From Octopus vulgaris (Eukaryota): a stretch of 64,000 bases of DNA. Below are positions 55,005 through 64,000 of the stretch, one piece after another (the first letter of the stretch is position 1; each line of letters begins with the position of its first letter). The stretch spans positions 44,640,001 to 44,704,000 of the forward strand of contig OX597838.1 of NCBI GenBank assembly GCA_951406725.2, written 5' to 3'. The translations under genes were made by a program, and so were the position numbers. Below the pieces are notes generated by a model that was not told where the DNA came from, did no database searches, and saw only the letters and a list, made by a program, of their open reading frames with translations.

Positions 55005-55345
55005 TCTATTTCAACCCCGAAAAGCTGTGGCCGTGCTGGGGCACTGCCAGTGTTACCACCTTTTCAATGGTTTTGTAATTGGTTTTTCATGAAGGAGGGA
55101 ATACGTTAGTGCTGCCCTCTTTTGAGTTTCTTGCCGTGATGACCTTGGAGAACAGGAGCGCCAGCTGTTCCTCGAAAACATCTACCCCTACTCCATGTAG
55201 TACATCTCTCAGATGTTTTGGTAAGATCTTGAATTCCAAGGTATTGCAGTACATGGTCCCTTTGAAATAGTGCAGCGGCCTCCACTTTTGGGCTTGTCTG
55301 GCTCTCCATACCAAATTTTCGTGTCAACCAACCCAGGATATTTCA
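55005..55345 (-). mobile_element. 3' fragment of an older CR1/L2-group LINE related to 11541-13478
   Basis: ILPKHLRDVLHGVGVDVF versus ILPKNLRDLHGVNADVF; tail GGCAGTGCCCCAGCACGGCCAC. Confidence 0.75.
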
Positions 55346-55355
55346 TATATATACA

Positions 55356-55417
<62 letters not shown>

Positions 55418-55510
55418 TATAAAGTTAATCCAAACAACAAAACACAAAAAAACACAACAACGCGAGGACGTGAAACAAATATAGTATTATTGGACGCTCA
55501 GGAAAGAAGG

Positions 55511-55547
<37 letters not shown>

Positions 55548-55551
<4 letters not shown>

Positions 55552-57523
55552 TTAATAATTAAGGATAATCTCTTAATAAGGGATCTTAACAAGAAATTAT
55601 CGGGTAGCTAGCGTGAAAACCTCATAAAAGAAAAGAATCCGAAAATAATTTTTTTCTTTTGAACAAATTAATTATATCTATATTGTATAGAGGGCATTAT
55701 TACACATAAATGCCTCACACTAGGAGGGACAAAGTCATTACTACCAAAATTATACTAATCATACCCAAATGCAGTTTTTCAAAGCAAGACATTTAAAAAA
55801 TGAATTTAGTTCTGTATCACCGTGATTTCACATACAACTTGCGTCTAATGATCGTCAGCAGAACTGATTCTGAACACATCATAAATAAACTACCAACCTT
55901 ACGTAGCGAAGACGAACAGACAACTGCTCACTCCGGCCAAGCACATGGAATGTTTATAAATCATATATCCGGTAAATGGCGGGCTTTTTACGAACTGCAT
56001 GTCGGGTAATGAAAAGTATTTCGGAATAAGTTTAACAATTAAGGATAATCTCTTAATAAGGGATCTTAACAAGAAATTATCGGGTAGCTAGCGTGAAAAC
56101 CTCATAAAAGAAAAGGATCCGAAAATAATTTTTTCTTTTGAACAAATTAATTATATCTATATTGTATAGAGGGCATTATTACACATAAATGCCTCACACT
56201 AGGAGGGACAAAGTCATTACTACCAAAATTATACTAATCATACCCAAATGCAGTTTTTCAAAGCAAGACATTTAAAAAATGAATTTAGTTCTGTATCACC
56301 GTGATTTCACATACAACTTGCGTCTAATGATCGTCAGCAGAACTGATTCTGAACACATCATAAATAAACTACCAACCTTACGTAGCGAAGACGAACAGAC
56401 AACTGCTCACTCCGGCCAAGCACATGGAATGTTTATAAATCATATATCCGGTAAATGGCGGGCTTTTTACGAACTGCATGTCGGGTAATGAAAAGTATTT
56501 CGGAATAAGTTTAACAATTAAGGATAATCTCTTAATAAGGGATCTTAACAAGAAATTATCGGGTAGCTAGCGTGAAAACCTCATAAAAGAAAAGAATCCG
56601 AAAATAATTTTTTTCTTTTGAACAAATTAATTATATCTATATTGTATAGAGGGCATTATTACACATAAATGCCTCACACTAGGAGGGACAAAGTCATTAC
56701 TACCAAAATTATACTAATCATACCCAAATGCAGTTTTTCAAAGCAAGACATTTAAAAAATGAATTTAGTTCTGTATCACCGTGATTTCACATACAACTTG
56801 CGTCTAATGATCGTCAGCAGAACTGATTCTGAACACATCATAAATAAACTACCAACCTTACGTAGCGAAGACGAACAGACAACTGCTCACTCCGGCCAAG
56901 CACATGGAATGTTTATAAATCATATATCCGGTAAATGGCGGGCTTTTTACGAACTGCATGTCGGGTAATGAAAAGTATTTCGGAATAAGTTTAACAATTA
57001 AGGATAATCTCTTAATAAGGGATCTTAACAAGAAATTATCGGGTAGCTAGCGTGAAAACCTCATAAAAGAAAAGAATCCGAAAATAATTTTTTTCTTTTG
57101 AACAAATTAATTATATCTATATTGTATAGAGGGCATTATTACACATAAATGCCTCACACTAGGAGGGACAAAGTCATTACTACCAAAATTATACTAATCA
57201 TACCCAAATGCAGTTTTTCAAAGCAAGACATTTAAAAAATGAATTTAGTTCTGTATCACCGTGATTTCACATACAACTTGCGTCTAATGATCGTCAGCAG
57301 AACTGATTCTGAATACATCATAAATAAACTACCAACCTTACGTAGCGAAGATAAAAAGCCCGCCATTTACCGGATATATGATTTATAAACATTCCATGTG
57401 CTTGGCCGGAGTGAGCAGTTGTCTGTTCGTCTTCGCTACGTAAGGTTGGTAGTTTATTTATGATGTGTTCAGAATCAGTTCTGCTGACGATCATTAGACG
57501 CAAGTTGTATGTGAAATCACGGT
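55548..57523 (-). repeat. Retrozyme-like tandem array: 3.75 x ~480-bp units plus a 172-bp inverted end
   Basis: Unit starts at 55548, 56028, 56507 and 56987 (to 57351); inverted piece 57352-57523; one HHR per unit; TA tracts on both sides. Confidence 0.9.
55808..55865 (-). ncRNA. Type-I hammerhead (copies at 56287-56344, 56767-56824, 57247-57304; truncated + copy at 57477-57523)
   Basis: AGTTCTG-CTGACGA-tCAT.aGAC GCAA GTT..ATGt-GAAA-TCAC g GTGA-TA-CAGAACT. Confidence 0.85.
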
Positions 57524-57580
57524 ATATAAATATATATATATATATATATATTTTGTAGTATATTTTATGTTTTAATAATG

Positions 57581-57838
<258 letters not shown>

Positions 57839-57839
57839 C

Positions 57840-59110
<1,271 letters not shown>

Positions 59111-59750
59111 CTATTCTTTATTAGCCAATGTGTGTACTTTTGTGCGCATCTATCTAGTCTATCTGTATATCTATAATTTTATCTACACACAGGCGCACGC
59201 GCATACACACACGCACATACACGTCACATGTACATACGTAGAAAATAGCACATATACACACAAAGGTAAGCGATATTTATGTGTGCATCGATACATACAC
59301 TCATGAAAACTCGTATATATATATATATATATATAGTCATACACACACAAAAACACTCACGCGCGTACACTACACACACTTGTATATACAAAAAGAGTGA
59401 AGCACAAAGAGAAAAATAGACATCTCGTATATATCACACGATAAGAGTTAAGTTAAATGTTAATTAAATGTTAAATAATAAGCACGATAAATAATGAATA
59501 TTGCGGAAATAGAAGAATAATGAATTTTAGTGCAAAGATTATCAAACTTTTCGTTAGGTTTCAATACGTTACATGCTATTATGTCGATCCTGAAGGTACA
59601 AGGTGATATAATGCTAACGAATGCACCGCCCACCCACATCCACTCACACACCAACAGACTTACATATTTGTAATAAAGTATATTACATATATATATATAT
59701 ATGTATATATATATATGTATATTTAACTATTTGCATGTACATACATACAA

Positions 59751-59812
<62 letters not shown>

Positions 59813-60189
59813 ATATATATCTTTATATGTATTTATATATATATATATACATATTTCCAAGTAGGTATGTATCTAAATGTCTGGCTGGAGCAGACCCTGG
59901 CTGTCGCTCTGGCGATTAGGTAATCGCGAATGAAGATCAACCAGCCAGCTCGAAACTTAGTCAATCTCCAGTTGTCCGCTAGAGGAATAGAGGGGTGCGC
60001 TCCCTCTGCTAGCAATATGCAGGGTGCAGCGCTGCACTGGTAACCAGCTGACGGAGGGTCTGCCTGGGAATAAACTAGCAGTAAAATGAGACAGCCACTT
60101 TGATGTGGCGATTAACCTTACTGGTTACTGCACTTTCCACTTTCATCTTTTCTTGAGATTTTGCAACTATTTTGCTTTTACAAACATAC

Positions 60190-60261
<72 letters not shown>

Positions 60262-60273
60262 TGTGTGTGTGTG

Positions 60274-60369
<96 letters not shown>

Positions 60370-60370
60370 A

Positions 60371-60501
<131 letters not shown>

Positions 60502-61634
60502 TAACGTGTATATATGTAATGTTGGAGAATATGTAAATAAAAAGGGAACAAGAACCATTTTATTTCCTTGTCTTTTATATAAACTCCAATTACACTCTCC
60601 ACGCAACGCATTTCTCCGAAGAATATGAATATCGATTTCTAACAGCAGGTCATCAGTACTGCTGTGTCGAAATGAATGATTGAATTATGTATAATATAGG
60701 TAAGTTTGTGTGTTTGGTGAAAGCGTTGGTGTGGCACTGGCTAGGTTTTTAGGGACGGGGCATGTTCATATCATTCGCATATCTATCTTTTGCTATAGAG
60801 ATTATTGACACATTGTTTTCCTTGTAAGATTTTGCACTGAAAACCTTTCCAAAAATATGAGCAGATAAAGAGTTCCTGAGGCTTAGCGTTCTGAAAAGGA
60901 TTGACTGAGCGAATTAATTACAGCAGAACTGACAGGATTACAAACTAGAAGTGGGATGGGAGTATGCCACCCAGCTTGCATTTTTGGCTTGCTCATTGAT
61001 ATTCCTTTCTACAGTACGAATACAACCATATCTGTGCGCGTAATAATTCGTGACAATGAATCTCCTCGAATATTTGTAACCTTAGCCGAGTCATCAGTTT
61101 ATTCAGGAGTTTAAAAAGTTTATGAAGCCTATCTATAAGTTTATGTATGAACAGGTTATATACAGCACACCAAGGGTGGCTATAACGGTAAGGTACCCAA
61201 AGCAGTAATGAGACCACCACCGAGACCGAGCACAAGCTAACGAAGGATCTTTCGGTGGCTCAAGCTGCTAGTTTGAAATATTAGCCAAATCTTTGTAATC
61301 GCATCTTGACATTTTAAACTGTGGCTAGACATGGGATTATTCCGGGATAGACCTGGAGCCAAACGACAGTTGTTGCAAAACAACAAAGACAATAATAGCA
61401 GTAGAAGCAATACCGATGACTACTGATGATTCTAAATTATAATTACTTCTTATCAAGACGAGAAACCTGTCATGTCTTTGCTATGCATCAGCACGAAAGC
61501 TTTCATACTTTTGGCTTTGCCGAAAGCAGTTTTGAATGGTTAATAACAATATCTTCAAAAGGAAGTTTATATTAGAAACAAATTGCCGAACTAAAATTTA
61601 ACTGAATTTGTTTTGTGGGGAGGGGGGGAGGGCT

Positions 61635-62640
61635 AGTTGATTATATCGATCATTGGGCTCAACTGGTGCAAATTTAGCGACTCCGAAAGAATGAAAGGCA
61701 AAGTCGACCTCGGTGACATTTGAAAACGAAACGTGAATACGGAAGAAAAGCTGCTAAGCATTTCATCCGGCTTGGTAACGATCCACCCTTCACATTGCCT
61801 TACTTGGTACCAAAAGTAGAAGGGATAATTATTTATATATAGTAAGAAAAAAGCATTTCCGAACTTGTTTGAGTGAAGCACAAAATGATTTGCAGTATTT
61901 ATGCCGTCTTTTATGTTTTGTAAAGCAATCTCGCTGTGTTCAGCTTTGATTTTAATCCCTTAGGTTACGGCAGACTAACGTATCAGTCGAGCAGACTGGT
62001 CGATGCAATCGAATAACCGCCTCCACTTTAAACAGCTGTCCCTTGTACGTGAATTAGAAACCATTATTAATTGTATATTATATTAATCAGGCGGCGGGGA
62101 GCTGGCAGAATCGATAGCACGCCGGACAAAATGCTTAGCAGCATTTCGTCCGTCTTTATATTCTGAGTTCCCTATATGATTTAGCGCTATATATGAAACA
62201 TCTATCTTACGATACAATCAAAATTATCTTTATGTTTTCGTTTGTAATATTCATAAGATATAAGGCGGCGAGCTGGCAGAAACGTTAGCACACCAGGCAA
62301 TATTGTTAGCGGTATTTCGTCTGTCTTTACGTTCTGAGTTCAAATTCCGCCGAGGTCGACTTTGCCTTTCATCCTTTCAGGTTTGATAAATTAAGTACGG
62401 TTTGTGTACTGGGGTCGATCTAATCGACTGGCCCCCTGCCCCCAAATTTCGGGCCTTCTACCTAGTGTAGAAAAGAATATAAATAAGCTATTTAAGGTAA
62501 TGAACTGATGTTATCGTTAGCACGGCCGGACAAAATGCTTAGTTTCATTTTCAACATCTTCATGTTCTGAGTCTTAGACGAATTTAACTTTCGGAGTCGG
62601 TAAAGTAAGTACGAGTTGAGCATCGATGTGGATGTAGTCG
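61635..62640. mobile_element. Family A SINE cluster (best copy 62262-62480, +)
   Basis: GGCGGCGAGCTGGCAGAA..GTCGACTTTGCCTTTCATCCTTTC. Confidence 0.8.
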
Positions 62641-62685
62641 ACTTGTGCACTTATTTTGTAGATATTTCATGAATGCGATGATATA

Positions 62686-63129
62686 CAGGGGTTGGACAAA
62701 ATAATGGAAACACCAAGCCTTATAGCATCATAATTTTGAAATATCTATGAAACCGTCAAATGCTTGTTATATTTATTATTATTTTTTTGGGGGGTTTGTT
62801 GTTAGTTTTGCTTGAAATGTTTTGCTAAAATTGCTGTTTCTTTTCAGATATCATTAGGAAAAGGTCATTAAAATTCAATGAAATGCCAGATCTATCAGAC
62901 TTTCAAAGTGGTCAAATTTATGGTGCATTTATGGTGCATTTTAGAAAAAAATTAAGGCGTCGATAACCTCCACCATCATCACTACAAGAACTGGAGATTG
63001 TTTTAGCTGAAGAATAGACAAAAATTACTTTGGAAACAAGAATTCAAGCTGTAATTACTGCCAAGGAAGTTCCTACCACATATAAAAATAAATGTGTTTG
63101 AAATCTTAAGGTGTTTTGTCTAACCTCTG
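62686..63129 (+). mobile_element. Internally deleted Tc1-like transposon
   Basis: TA-CAGGGGTTGGACAAAA ... TTTTGTCTAACCTCTG-TA; MPDLSDFQSGQIYGA joined to LWCILEKKLR..PPSSLQEL..RIQAVI. Confidence 0.8.
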
Positions 63130-63179
63130 TATATCTATGGTGAAAATTGAACTCAGAATGGAGACGAAAGGAAAGTTTT

Positions 63180-63604
63180 GGTTTCAATTTTTAGTACGCG
63201 TCCAGTGATTTCGGGGAAACAGTTAAGTTGATTACATCGACCCCAGTATCCAACAGGTACTTATTTTATCGAGGTAGAATCGAACTTTGCGGAATTTAAA
63301 CTCAGAACGTAAAGACGGGCGAAATGCAGCCAAGCATTTTGTCCGGCATTCTAACGATTCTGTCAGCTTACTACCATCAGGAATTTAAATATTGGTTTCA
63401 AATTTTGGCATAAAGCAGCAATTTCAGGGAAGCGGGCAAGTCGATTGCATCGACCCCAGTGCTTAACGGGTGCTTATTTTATCGACCCCGAAAAAATGAA
63501 AGGCAAGTTGACCACGGCGGAATTTGAACTCGGAATGTGAAGACGGACGAAATACTGCTAAGCAATTTATCCGGTGTGCTAACAATCTGCAAGCTCTCCG
63601 CCTT
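63180..63604 (-). mobile_element. Two tandem family A SINEs
   Basis: CGATT..ATCGACCCCAGT..TTATTTTATCGA motifs. Confidence 0.75.
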
Positions 63605-63926
63605 CAGGAACGTAAATATTGATTGCTAGCATACAGCACGAAGTCCACGATTCCTGTATTTCACTGATGCTTCTTTATCAATCCAGGGAGAACGAAAGGC
63701 AAAGTTTCCCTATGAGATTTGAACTCAGAATGTAAAATGATATAACTGAAAGGCCATGAAACCCGTTTATAATATTGTTGTCGAAATGAATATATATTCC
63801 TTTGAAAACGAATGCTTCCAAACACGCTTATGATGCTTTTATAGCATCAGCGTATTGTTACCTGTCGATTATGGTTATCTAAAGTGATATGTTCGAAAGT
63901 GGACAAAACAAGCGGCAAATGCATAT

Positions 63927-64000
63927 TATTATCTCCGCCTTAGCGAAGGCAGAGGTATTGTTTTCAGTCGTGTTTATTTGTTTGTGGACAAGATATCTCT
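63927..64000 (+). mobile_element. Left end of a Helentron-associated (HINE/DINE-1-like) element, cut by the window edge
   Basis: TTATCTCCGCC-ttagcgaa-GGCAGAGGTA subterminal hairpin, then GTTTTCAGTCGTG(TTTG)n..GATATCTC. Confidence 0.55.

Noticed and set aside
55800-56968. Three identical 69-aa ORFs as a tandem gene cluster
   Set aside because: Antisense to the hammerhead strand, no recognisable domain; identity follows from the tandem repeat
55548-57351. CRISPR-like array
   Set aside because: Whole 480-bp units repeat with no unique spacers; eukaryotic context and no cas genes
61000-61195. Possible exon (TTTCTACAG acceptor, G|GTAAGG donor; peptide SVRVIIRDNESPRIF vaguely cadherin/HYR-like)
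   Set aside because: All three frames contain stops between the splice-like sites; similarity too short

Overview
AT-rich, repeat-saturated animal genomic DNA. The tRNA-derived SINE families resemble those I associate with coleoid cephalopods, probably Octopus; this is inference, not a database result. No host protein-coding gene is supported, and most ORF-track entries are microsatellite artefacts. Standard elements: a full-length mariner whose third catalytic Asp is mutated, a decayed hAT (Buster/GTF2IRD2-like), CR1/L2-type and R4/Dong LINE fragments, Helitron- and HINE-like elements, a Tc1 deletion derivative, a MITE carrying telomeric repeats and three SINE families. The main signal is a dense set of largely unrelated short elements in or beside (TA)n tracts. 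They carry type-I hammerhead ribozyme (HHR) folds, and several form fold-back inversions. The set includes one Penelope-like GIY-YIG fragment, a near-identical 480-bp tandem array with one HHR per unit (retrozyme-like), and HHR cores with three different Watson-Crick pairs at positions 3:8 (C:G, G:C, U:A). All folds were read by eye; catalytic activity is untested.
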